A stretch of DNA of 44,693 nt from positions 1 to 44,693 of the IMG/VR virus record IMGVR_UViG_3300013099_000034, one strand, 5' to 3'. Under the pieces are notes generated by a model. It was not told the DNA's origin. It ran no database searches and saw only the letters and a list, made by a program, of their open reading frames with translations. Position numbers and translations under genes: made by a program. The stretch's first letter is position 1. Every line of letters starts with the position of its first letter. Positions 1 through 7,671 of the stretch are shown in pieces. Origin of the DNA: a virus. Lineage: Duplodnaviria > Caudoviricetes.

Positions 1-126
1 GCGGCCCGTGGGGCGGGCGTGGTTGTCGCGGCGGTAACGGGCCACCCACTCAGCGCGGGGGCCGAAGCGCGTGCGCATTAATTGGGCGGCCTCAGCCGGG
101 GGCGTCTTGACGGTGATGCGGCTCAT
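1..126 (-). CDS. hypothetical protein, partial (runs off left edge)
   Basis: ATG at 126 overlaps the TGA of the 123..548 ORF (ATGA coupling); frame is open to base 1 (MSRITVKTPPAEAAQLMRTRFGPRAEWVARYRRDNHARPTGR...). Confidence 0.5.
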   Translation of the reverse strand, partial: MSRITVKTPPAEAAQLMRTRFGPRAEWVARYRRDNHARPTGR

Positions 127-548
127 GGTGCGCCCCAAAAGAATGTTTCCCCGACCAGGGTCCAGGGTGTGGAGCTGCCAAAGTGAGGCGCGGGGGTGGC
201 AGTGATATAGTCACGCAAGACCTTTTTGGTGACCTGGAGGTAGGTGAGCGAATTGCCGTTGGCCGCCGGGCAAGCCACAAAGCATTCAGTGGCGCGGCGG
301 ATGTCGGCGAGTATGTAAGGCTTTATGTCTGGTTGAGTGCTGTGCTGCGGGTGAATGACGGTGAGGGTGAGGTCCGGTTCAATAAGGTAGACCCGGTCGG
401 CGATGAGCAAGCCATCACCCACGCTCAGGGCCGGGCCGCGAGCGCCGGTGGTCAAGGTCAAAGTCAAGGCCGGGCCTCGCTCACTTATCCTGTACGGGGC
501 GCTGCTGACAATGATCACGCCGCCGTGGGCGGCTTGGTGAAGTCTCAT
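123..548 (-). CDS. hypothetical protein (probable early gene)
   Basis: 141 aa ORF with SD AAGGA 6 nt upstream and an extended -10 (TGCTATACT) further upstream. Confidence 0.65.
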   Translation of the reverse strand: MRLHQAAHGGVIIVSSAPYRISERGPALTLTLTTGARGPALSVGDGLLIADRVYLIEPDLTLTVIHPQHSTQPDIKPYILADIRRATECFVACPAANGNSLTYLQVTKKVLRDYITATPAPHFGSSTPWTLVGETFFWGAP

Positions 549-577
549 TTGGGTTCCTTCAGTTCGGGTTTACGGGG

Positions 578-587
578 AAGTATAGCA
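578..587 (-). promoter_or_regulatory. extended -10 promoter element TGCTATACTT driving the leftward genes
   Basis: Reverse complement of aagtatagca = TG-C-TATACT; the same GCTATACTT occurs at 35466-35474 upstream of the other leftward early gene block. Confidence 0.55.
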
Positions 588-636
588 CCTAATCCATCGT
601 TTAGGTAGTTTAAATCATCGTTTTAGGTGCTTTTTG

Positions 637-961
637 CTGATCCGTCCTGGTTTAAATCCGTCCTGAGACCGGAGGGGACGGCGTAAGCCCAACGCACCAC
701 TTAGGTTGGGGGGTTTTTTGGGGTCCGTCCTGGGGGGGTTTAAAATTGCTATTAAAATACGTGTTTATATGTAAATAGGTATTATTGGTTCCTTGTATAT
801 AATTACTATTTATAGTAAAAGGTCAGGACGGATCAGGGTGAGCCGTTGGGCTGCAAGAAGTTACGCCGTCCTGAGGGTCAGAATAGGCCTCAGGACGGTC
901 GGGACGGAACGGCGTTAGTTGTTGAAAGGGAACGGGTTGCGACGGCTTGAGGGCCAGGACG
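637..961. repeat. iteron array (CCGTCCTG/CAGGACGG) arranged as an imperfect palindrome around an AT-rich core; putative replication origin
   Basis: TCCGTCCTG at 641, 657, 724; CCGTCCTG at 866; inverted CAGGACGG at 824 and 891; variants at 674, 901, 955; AT-rich tract ~738-820; perfect 13-bp IR 637-649/824-836. Confidence 0.7.
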
Positions 962-1187
962 TGAGGTTTGTCGTTTTTCAGTGAAAGCTGTCGTTGGGGA
1001 GAAGGAACTTTGTCCACCACATCGGCCGGGGCATCGCGGGTGAGGAAGTCGCCTTCGTTCCCCCAGAACGCCGCCTAAACTACCTGCTAGGGCCTTGAAA
1101 CAGCGGTTTTAACGGGCTTACGCTAAAGCAACGAGACGCGGGGCACATGAACGAGAGGCGTTTTCCCACATCGTCACGCAGTGACAC

Positions 1188-1466
1188 GAGTGTACTATCA
1201 GCCTCGGCGACGATCCCTTTTAACGCAAGAGGTCTTTCCTGCCTGCTTTAATCGCTGATTCAGGGAGTGTCGTCAGGAGTATACTATCGCTGTGGAGACG
1301 GGCCGCCGGGCCTGGACCACTGAATAACACAGTGATTCAATGCAGCAATCGCCGAATGCGACTTAAATGGGGGTTTCAGGACGGTTTAACTGAGCTGTTC
1401 GGCGATTCACCGAATAACACAGTTAAATCGCCTTGAATCATATGGTTCAGGCTTAATCGCCGAATG
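1188..1466. repeat. cluster of short direct and inverted repeats (AATCGCCGAAT, GAATAACACAGT, GAGTRTACTATC)
   Basis: AATCGCCGAAT at 1347 and 1455, inverted at 1398-1407, variants at 1250 and 1426; GAATAACACAGT at 1322 and 1412; GAGTGTACTATC at 1188 and GAGTATACTATC at 1277. Confidence 0.7.
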
Positions 1467-1505
1467 GTGCAGTGTTCCAGGGCGTTATTCGGGGCCTCCT
1501 ACGAC

Positions 1506-1764
1506 AGGCGCAAGACCTTCTGCGTGGTCGCTGATACGGTTACTCCACTATACTCTCGCCAACGTAGGTCAAGCCGGGTCAACGCCGGTCATGATGGGCT
1601 TACTCCACTATACTCTCGCCAACGCGGTTCACCGGGTGACACGCTGGTTCAACCGGGGCGTTACTCCAGCTAAGGGCTGGCAGGCCGGGGCAACCGGGGC
1701 CTTGGACGTTGTTGCTCCAGCGTGGTAGTATCACCCCTATCAACACGCAGAAGGTCTTGCGCCT
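1506..1764. repeat. element bounded by perfect 21-bp inverted repeats and containing ~60-bp tandem repeats
   Basis: AGGCGCAAGACCTTCTGCGTG (1506-1526) and its exact reverse complement (1744-1764); TTACTCCACTATACTCTCGCCAACG at 1540 and 1600, degenerate copies starting at 1661 and 1712. Confidence 0.85.
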
Positions 1765-1921
1765 TGCTTAAAAAGCGGGGGCCGGGGGGCGAGAACGAGA
1801 GGCCCAAGGCCCAGGCCCTCCCCCCCAACCCCAAAGTGCGACTGGCCAAGGCGCGGTCCCTCCCGCGATATCGCTGCAAATTTCAAACTCCAATTGTGAG
1901 TCGTTGCTTTACTTTTTTCGC

Positions 1922-1950
1922 TTGCCCCGTCGCCTTGGCTGCGCTATGTT
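1922..1950 (+). promoter_or_regulatory. sigma70-type promoter for terS, probably giving a leaderless mRNA
   Basis: TTGCCC-17 nt-TATGTT; ATG at 1957 lies 7 nt after the -10; no SD. Confidence 0.6.
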
Positions 1951-1956
1951 CCCTCT

Positions 1957-2418
1957 ATGAGTAGAAAAGGTATAACCAAATTTACAGCGGAACTCCAGAC
2001 CGAGTACCTGGAGCTTTTGCGGGCGACCGGTCTGAAGGCGCGGTCGGCACGGGCAGTGGGTGTCAACCCATCGTCCATGAAAGGTTTCCGTCTCGCTAAT
2101 CCAGACTTCGACGACGAAGTGGAATTAGCTATGGGCGATTATCGCGAAAACATCGAGGAGGAAATCAAGCGCCGCGCAATGGACGGCGTTGACACCCCGG
2201 TGTTTTACAAAGGCGAATTGGTGGCTACCCAGAAGCAATACAGCGACCGGTTACTTGAGCTTCACGCCAAGCGCCACATCGGTGCCTACCGCGACAAACA
2301 CACCGTCGATCACAACGTGACGGGCGGGGTGTTGGTTGTGCCCGGCATGGCAGAAACTTCTGAAGATTGGGAAGAGGAGAATGGCGATGGTGGAAGTCCG
2401 GCTGAACCAAAGGACTGA
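1957..2418 (+). CDS. terS: terminase small subunit
   Basis: N-terminal HTH-like segment, RRAMDGV...YSDRLL motif typical of this TerS class, position upstream of terL. Confidence 0.8.
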   Translation: MSRKGITKFTAELQTEYLELLRATGLKARSARAVGVNPSSMKGFRLANPDFDDEVELAMGDYRENIEEEIKRRAMDGVDTPVFYKGELVATQKQYSDRLLELHAKRHIGAYRDKHTVDHNVTGGVLVVPGMAETSEDWEEENGDGGSPAEPKD

Positions 2419-2722
2419 CCTTACGTTTTACTACGACGTGTTGGTCCACTCCAACGTGAAACCCGGCCTGCGCATGAAGGGAATTCACGAGGCGTTCAAA
2501 GACGACGCCAGCACAGAGGCCCAGCGACTGGGCTTGCTTGCGGGCGGACTCGCAGAGCTACTTTGTGACCGGTACGGTGACACTATTGAGCCCAGCGCCT
2601 GCGCACGTGCCGCCGTCACCGCACACCAAGAATTGCTGGCCGAAAATCCGCACATCGGGATAGGAGACGAAGCACCCCGTGACGCCGACAGCTCAATCGC
2701 AGCTACACTGGCGCGAAGGTGA
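2387..2722 (+). CDS. hypothetical protein between terS and terL
   Basis: SD AGGAG at 2375-2379 favours ATG 2387 (or 2381) over the track start at 2336; overlaps both neighbours. Confidence 0.6.
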   Translation: MVEVRLNQRTDLTFYYDVLVHSNVKPGLRMKGIHEAFKDDASTEAQRLGLLAGGLAELLCDRYGDTIEPSACARAAVTAHQELLAENPHIGIGDEAPRDADSSIAATLARR

Positions 2723-4187
2723 GGACGGATTAGCGCCGGTCTTGATACAAGGCGAGCGCGAAACCGCCGTAGCCTGGGCACCACAGCCCGGCTCTCAAGA
2801 GGCGTTCTTGAGTTGCCCGGTTTTTGAGTGCCTATTGGAGGGCAACCGGGGCGGCGGAAAAACCGATGGCTTGATCATGAGCTTCGGCCAACACACCGGC
2901 AAGGGCTACGGCGCGGAATGGCGTGGTATTCTTTTCCGGAAAACTTATCCTGAATTACGTGACGTGATCGACAAATGCCTCAAGTGGATTCCAATGATTT
3001 GGCCCGAGGCAAAATACAATCGCAGCGAGTACTATTGGACCTGGCCCGACGGCGAGCAACTCTTCCTCCGGCACTTGTCCAAAGAGGCCGACTACTGGAG
3101 TTACCACGGCCATAATTATCCATGGCAGGGATTCGAAGAATTGTGTACATGGGCAGACGATAAAGCGTACACCAAAATGTTTGCGTGCGCCCGGTCAACC
3201 AAAAAGGGTATCCCAATCATGATCCGCTCCACGGCCAACCCTTATGGGGTGGGCCACAACTGGGTCAAGATGCGCTTCCAACTTCCACTGGCCATGAACC
3301 GGGTACGCGGGCCGGTCATGCGCAACATCACCGACAAGTACGGCGACCGGCTCCCAGACCGGGTAGTGATCCACAGCAACCTGGCCGAGAACCGAGTCCT
3401 CATGTCCGTGGACAAAGAATACCTCAGCCGTATCAAGGCCGCCGCCCGCAACGACGCTGAATACCAGGCATGGGTCCACGGAAATTGGGACATTGTGGCG
3501 GGTGGAATGTTCGACGACGTTTGGGACCCCCGCGTTCACGTGGTGCCTAATTATCCATTGCACCTCACGCCCCGCCACTGGCACATAAATCGCAGCTACG
3601 ATCACGGCACGTCCAAACCCTTCAGCGTTGGCTGGTGGGCACGCTCCAACGGCGAGCCCTTCAAGTACAACGGCCACTGGTACGGCCGGGTGCCGGGTGA
3701 CTTATATCGGATCAATGAATGGTACGGCTGGACGGGCGAGCCGAATGAAGGTTTGCGGCTTGAGGGCCGGGACATTGGCAAAGGTATTATCCAACGAGAG
3801 GCGGCCATGGGCCTCACCGGCCGGGTGAAGCGCGGTCCCGCAGATACGGGCATCTTTGACCCGGTGCCTGGATACCCAAACACGGCCGAAGATATGGTCG
3901 CCGAGGGCGTCCACTGGGACCACGCCGACAAAGGGCCGGGCAGTCGCCGGCAAGGCTGGGAACAAATGCGAAAAATGTTCCGGGCCGCCAATACTTTCCC
4001 CCGCGAACACCCAGGGCTGTTCGCCTTGGAACAGTGTGCGCAATACCGGCGCACTGTGCCCGTTTTGCCACGTAGCGATCACGACCTGGACGACGTCAAC
4101 ACCGATGCTGAAGATCACATCGGCGATGAGGTCCGGTATGAGCTGCGCCATAAGCGCGTAGCCATTCAAACTGGAGTTTGGAAATGA
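2679..4187 (+). CDS. terL: terminase large subunit
   Basis: Q-motif PQPGSQ, Walker A GNRGGGKT, Walker B GFEE, coupling motif TANP, RNase H-like nuclease residues YDHG...ADT...EDHIGDEVRY. Confidence 0.95.
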   Translation: MTPTAQSQLHWREGEDGLAPVLIQGERETAVAWAPQPGSQEAFLSCPVFECLLEGNRGGGKTDGLIMSFGQHTGKGYGAEWRGILFRKTYPELRDVIDKCLKWIPMIWPEAKYNRSEYYWTWPDGEQLFLRHLSKEADYWSYHGHNYPWQGFEELCTWADDKAYTKMFACARSTKKGIPIMIRSTANPYGVGHNWVKMRFQLPLAMNRVRGPVMRNITDKYGDRLPDRVVIHSNLAENRVLMSVDKEYLSRIKAAARNDAEYQAWVHGNWDIVAGGMFDDVWDPRVHVVPNYPLHLTPRHWHINRSYDHGTSKPFSVGWWARSNGEPFKYNGHWYGRVPGDLYRINEWYGWTGEPNEGLRLEGRDIGKGIIQREAAMGLTGRVKRGPADTGIFDPVPGYPNTAEDMVAEGVHWDHADKGPGSRRQGWEQMRKMFRAANTFPREHPGLFALEQCAQYRRTVPVLPRSDHDLDDVNTDAEDHIGDEVRYELRHKRVAIQTGVWK

Positions 4188-5671
4188 AACAGGAAAAAGA
4201 CGCCGCCCGGCCCGACACAACCAGCTATGCATACGACACTATGCGTCCAGCCTGGGACACGGTTCAAACCGTACTCGAAGGCACCACCGCCATGCGCCGG
4301 GCGGGCAAGCAATTCTTGCCCCAGCACCACGGCGAAACCGACACTGCGTACGGGGAACGTCTCAGCCGCAACACGCTGCTCAACGTCACCAAGCTCACCC
4401 TCAATTCTTGGGTGGGCCGCCCCTTCAGCGACATCATCCGGTTTGAAGAAACGCCGGAACCAATAACGGCTATTTTGCCCAACGTGGACCTGGTGGGCAA
4501 CGACGCACAGGTGTTCTGCCGGAACTGGTTCGCCGACGGCGTGGCCAAGGCATATTCTCATGTCTATGTGGACTTCCCTCGCACAGACACGGTGGAGGGC
4601 GTGCGTACTGTGGCAGATGACTTGCGTGAGGGCGTGCGGCCGTATTGGGTCCACATAAAACCGGAGCAAATCTTCTTCGCGAGCGCAGAGGTGATTGCGG
4701 GCCGAGAAGTGTTGCGGGAAATCAGGATGATGGAGGAAGTCAGCGACATGGTTGGCTTCGCTGAATTACTCCAGCCCCAAATTCGGCGCGTCTACATAGA
4801 CGCCGAAGGCAGCCACGTCCAACTTTATCGCAAAGACGATCCGCGCAAAGAGGACAGCGACTGGGTTTTGTACGAAGAATATGAATTCAGCTTGGGCTTC
4901 ATTCCATTGGTGACTTTTTACGCCCACCGGGATGACTTCATGCTAGGCACGCCGCCGCTGCTGGACCTTGCGGACCTGAACATCGCTCACTGGCAAAGCA
5001 CCGCCGACCAGCGTTCAATTCTCACCGTGACCCGGTTCCCAATCTTGGCTCTCAGCGGGGCAAGCGACGAAGGCAAGGAATTGGTCATCGGCCCCAACCG
5101 CTGGTTGTACAGCCCCGACCCCGGCGGTAAGTTTTATTACGTTGAGCACACAGGCAAGGCAATCGCCGCCGGGCGCCAAGACCTGGTTGACCTAGAAGAA
5201 CAAATGGCCGAATACGGCGCGGATTTTTTACGAAAAAGACCAGGCAACGTAACGGCCACGGCCCGCGCCTTGGACAGCGCCGAAGCCACCAGCCCGCTGA
5301 TGGATATGACTATCCGGTTCAGTGAAGCGTTGGACTTGGTTCTGGAGTACACGGCGGCATGGCTCAACCTGCCCAGCGGCGGCCACAGCGAGCTCACTAC
5401 CGACTTCGGCCCCGAGGGCGCAGACCAGGCCGAGCTGACCACCTTGAGCAACACTCGCAAGGACCGGGACATCAGCCGCAAGGCATATCTCGAAGAGTTG
5501 AAGCGCCGGGGTATTCTGACCGAGGAATACGACATCGAAGAGGACGCAACGCAGCTGGAGGAAGAGACGATGGATCTGTTCGGCAACACCGGCCCGCCGG
5601 TTGAAGTTGAAGACGAAGGCGAAAGCGAACTCGACGAAGAACGGCGGGAAGACGAAGAGGACGCTGAATAA
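4184..5671 (+). CDS. portal protein (DUF4055-type)
   Basis: Directly after terL with ATGA overlap; IPLV..PPLLDLADLNIAHWQSTAD motif; acidic tail. Confidence 0.9.
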   Translation: MKQEKDAARPDTTSYAYDTMRPAWDTVQTVLEGTTAMRRAGKQFLPQHHGETDTAYGERLSRNTLLNVTKLTLNSWVGRPFSDIIRFEETPEPITAILPNVDLVGNDAQVFCRNWFADGVAKAYSHVYVDFPRTDTVEGVRTVADDLREGVRPYWVHIKPEQIFFASAEVIAGREVLREIRMMEEVSDMVGFAELLQPQIRRVYIDAEGSHVQLYRKDDPRKEDSDWVLYEEYEFSLGFIPLVTFYAHRDDFMLGTPPLLDLADLNIAHWQSTADQRSILTVTRFPILALSGASDEGKELVIGPNRWLYSPDPGGKFYYVEHTGKAIAAGRQDLVDLEEQMAEYGADFLRKRPGNVTATARALDSAEATSPLMDMTIRFSEALDLVLEYTAAWLNLPSGGHSELTTDFGPEGADQAELTTLSNTRKDRDISRKAYLEELKRRGILTEEYDIEEDATQLEEETMDLFGNTGPPVEVEDEGESELDEERREDEEDAE

Positions 5672-7479
5672 TGGCCGACCTGAATCAGACATTTTTTGAA
5701 GCCCAAACGAAACACGCCATCGGCTTGAAGCGGGTGGCGGCCGGTGACGTGCGAAAATTTCAGGGGCTGCTGGACACCGCCGAAGAGGAGCTGAAGGCCA
5801 AGCTCAAGACCGGCCTGGCCAAGGGCATGGACACAACCCGCCTGCGGGCCTTGCACCAGGAAGTGAAGGTGCTGCGCAAGGGTGTGTTTGATAAACTGAA
5901 CGGCATCAGCCACGCCGATATGAAAACGCTGGCACTCAGTGAACCGGCGTTCATGGAAAAGATATTGGGCGACGTGCTGGCCAGTAACATGAACTTCGCC
6001 GGGGTGGATTCCAGGTTGCTGAGTGCCTTGGTCACGGCTGAACCTTTTAGTGGAGGAACCAACGCCGCTCGCACACTGGACGGCTGGTGGAAAGGTTTGG
6101 CGGCGGCCGACTCTCGCCGAATAACCGACGCCATAAATCAGGGTATGATCCAGGGCGAGACCGTGGAGCAAATGGTCAAGCGCGTCCAGGACTCCATGAA
6201 GCTCACCAAGGCCAACGCCACGGCGGTTGTGCGCACCGCGTCCAACCACGTTTCCAATAAGGCCCGCGAGCAGTTTTTTAAGGCCAACAGCGAGGTCATC
6301 GGCTCCATGATGTGGGCCGCAACTTTGGACGGCCGCACAACGGCGGTCTGTATGGCGCGGGATGGGCACTACGCCCCCACCAGCGGCACCTCAACCAAGG
6401 GCGTGCCCCAACCCTGGCTCTCACCGCTCCAGGCCCGGCCACCCGCTCACCCGCAGTGTAGGTCCGTCATGGTCGGCGTCTTGAACAAAGACGGCGTGGC
6501 CCAAAAGATGCCTGAGCGCAGCACCATCACCGACACCCGCACCCGGCGCAAACGCGAAATTGATTTTCGCAAGCAGGCCAAGGAACGCCTCGGCCCCAAG
6601 AAGTGGAAAGCCGCGACCCCCGCGCAACGCAACGCAGAAATAAAAACAGAGCGCCAGACCTGGACAGCTGAAAACATTGGGCGCGTTCCCGGCAAAACCA
6701 CGTACGATAGTTTTCTGCGCAAGCAGTCAGCCGGGTTCCAGAATGAAGTGCTGGGCAAGGCCAAGGCCGACCTCTTTCGCGGGGGGTTGAAGCTGGACAA
6801 GTACGTGGACAAGCGGGGCAAGGAATTGACCCTGGCCCAGTTGACCAAGAAGGCAGGCCTGGCGCCGAAACCTGCCGTGGTGAAACCCAAGGCCGCGCCC
6901 CTTCAACCGGCGTGGACGTTGGACGCCCAGAAGGCTTGGCAAGCAACTGTCACCGCCGACGAGCAGCAGGCCTTCCGGCGGTGGAGCGGCAACGGCTACA
7001 CTTCCATGCGAAACGTCCAGCGCGGCAGAACGGGTGACATGAGCGATGGGCTGCTTGCCTCAAACCGAAGAGACATCGACCACATCAACACCGCCTTGGA
7101 CCGGGCACCCGTGTACAACACAGGCGAGACGTTGTGGCGGGGGGCACCTATGCGGCTAGGAGATTTTAAAGCCAGGATGAAGCCGGGGCACTCGTTCAAG
7201 TTCGACACCTTCGCCAGCTCCAGCACGAAGCGCAGTGTGGCCGATGATTTTATTCGCAGTGGCCAGATAAATTATCCTGACGCTGAGTCGGTCATGTTCA
7301 AGATACGCGGCGTCCAAAGCGCGGGCGTGGACATCAGCCGGATCAGCAACATAAAAGGCGAGCTAGAAATTCTCTTGCGCAAGGGCCAAAACTTTCGCAT
7401 AGTTAATGTCACACGTAAACAAGCCCGTGGTCACATCGGGGAATACTGGGAGGTGCTACTTGAAGAAATTAAGCGATAA
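5671..7479 (+). CDS. MuF/SPP1 gp7-like minor head protein fused to a C-terminal ADP-ribosyltransferase domain
   Basis: MuF motifs ATLDGRTTAVC and PPAHPQCRS, usual MuF end DKRGKELTLAQL, Pro/Ala/Lys linker, then R-S-E ART motifs LWRG (R at 7138), FASSS (7210-7224), GELEILL (ELE at 7360-7368). Confidence 0.88.
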   Translation: MADLNQTFFEAQTKHAIGLKRVAAGDVRKFQGLLDTAEEELKAKLKTGLAKGMDTTRLRALHQEVKVLRKGVFDKLNGISHADMKTLALSEPAFMEKILGDVLASNMNFAGVDSRLLSALVTAEPFSGGTNAARTLDGWWKGLAAADSRRITDAINQGMIQGETVEQMVKRVQDSMKLTKANATAVVRTASNHVSNKAREQFFKANSEVIGSMMWAATLDGRTTAVCMARDGHYAPTSGTSTKGVPQPWLSPLQARPPAHPQCRSVMVGVLNKDGVAQKMPERSTITDTRTRRKREIDFRKQAKERLGPKKWKAATPAQRNAEIKTERQTWTAENIGRVPGKTTYDSFLRKQSAGFQNEVLGKAKADLFRGGLKLDKYVDKRGKELTLAQLTKKAGLAPKPAVVKPKAAPLQPAWTLDAQKAWQATVTADEQQAFRRWSGNGYTSMRNVQRGRTGDMSDGLLASNRRDIDHINTALDRAPVYNTGETLWRGAPMRLGDFKARMKPGHSFKFDTFASSSTKRSVADDFIRSGQINYPDAESVMFKIRGVQSAGVDISRISNIKGELEILLRKGQNFRIVNVTRKQARGHIGEYWEVLLEEIKR

Positions 7480-7645
7480 AGAAAAGGCAGCGTTGAGCGA
7501 TGAGGAGTTCAAGGCGTACATGGACGAGAAATACACCAATGACCGTTTCGGCGGGATTGATGACATGGACTTCACCACGGACACAACGCCAGACGTTATT
7601 CCTGTGGTGAAAGATGAGAGCAACGAAGATCAAACCGGCGAGTGA
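7460..7645 (+). CDS. small acidic protein (61 aa), candidate immunity partner of MuF-ART
   Basis: SD GGAGGT at 7449-7454, 5 nt before TTG 7460; overlaps the toxin stop; D/E-rich. Confidence 0.6.
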   Translation: MKKLSDKEKAALSDEEFKAYMDEKYTNDRFGGIDDMDFTTDTTPDVIPVVKDESNEDQTGE

Positions 7646-7671
7646 TTCGCCAATTCAGAGGAGCGTGACGC

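Noticed and set aside
1539-1670. Mini CRISPR array (25-bp GTT...AAC repeat with 35-36 bp spacers)
   Set aside because: Only two intact repeats; the spacers resemble each other (ggt.ca..ccgggt..acgc.ggt), which indicates tandem duplication; the repeat is not palindromic; no cas genes
1464-1964. ORFs 1464..1673, 1670..1879 and 1722..1964 in the control region
   Set aside because: No SD, low-complexity translations that only mirror the DNA repeats (TPLYSRQR twice)
5137-6369. 410-aa antisense ORF, and similar ones at 7630..8379, 18328..19224, 29379..30335
   Set aside because: Shadow ORFs opposite well-supported genes, expected from GC-rich codon bias; no motifs
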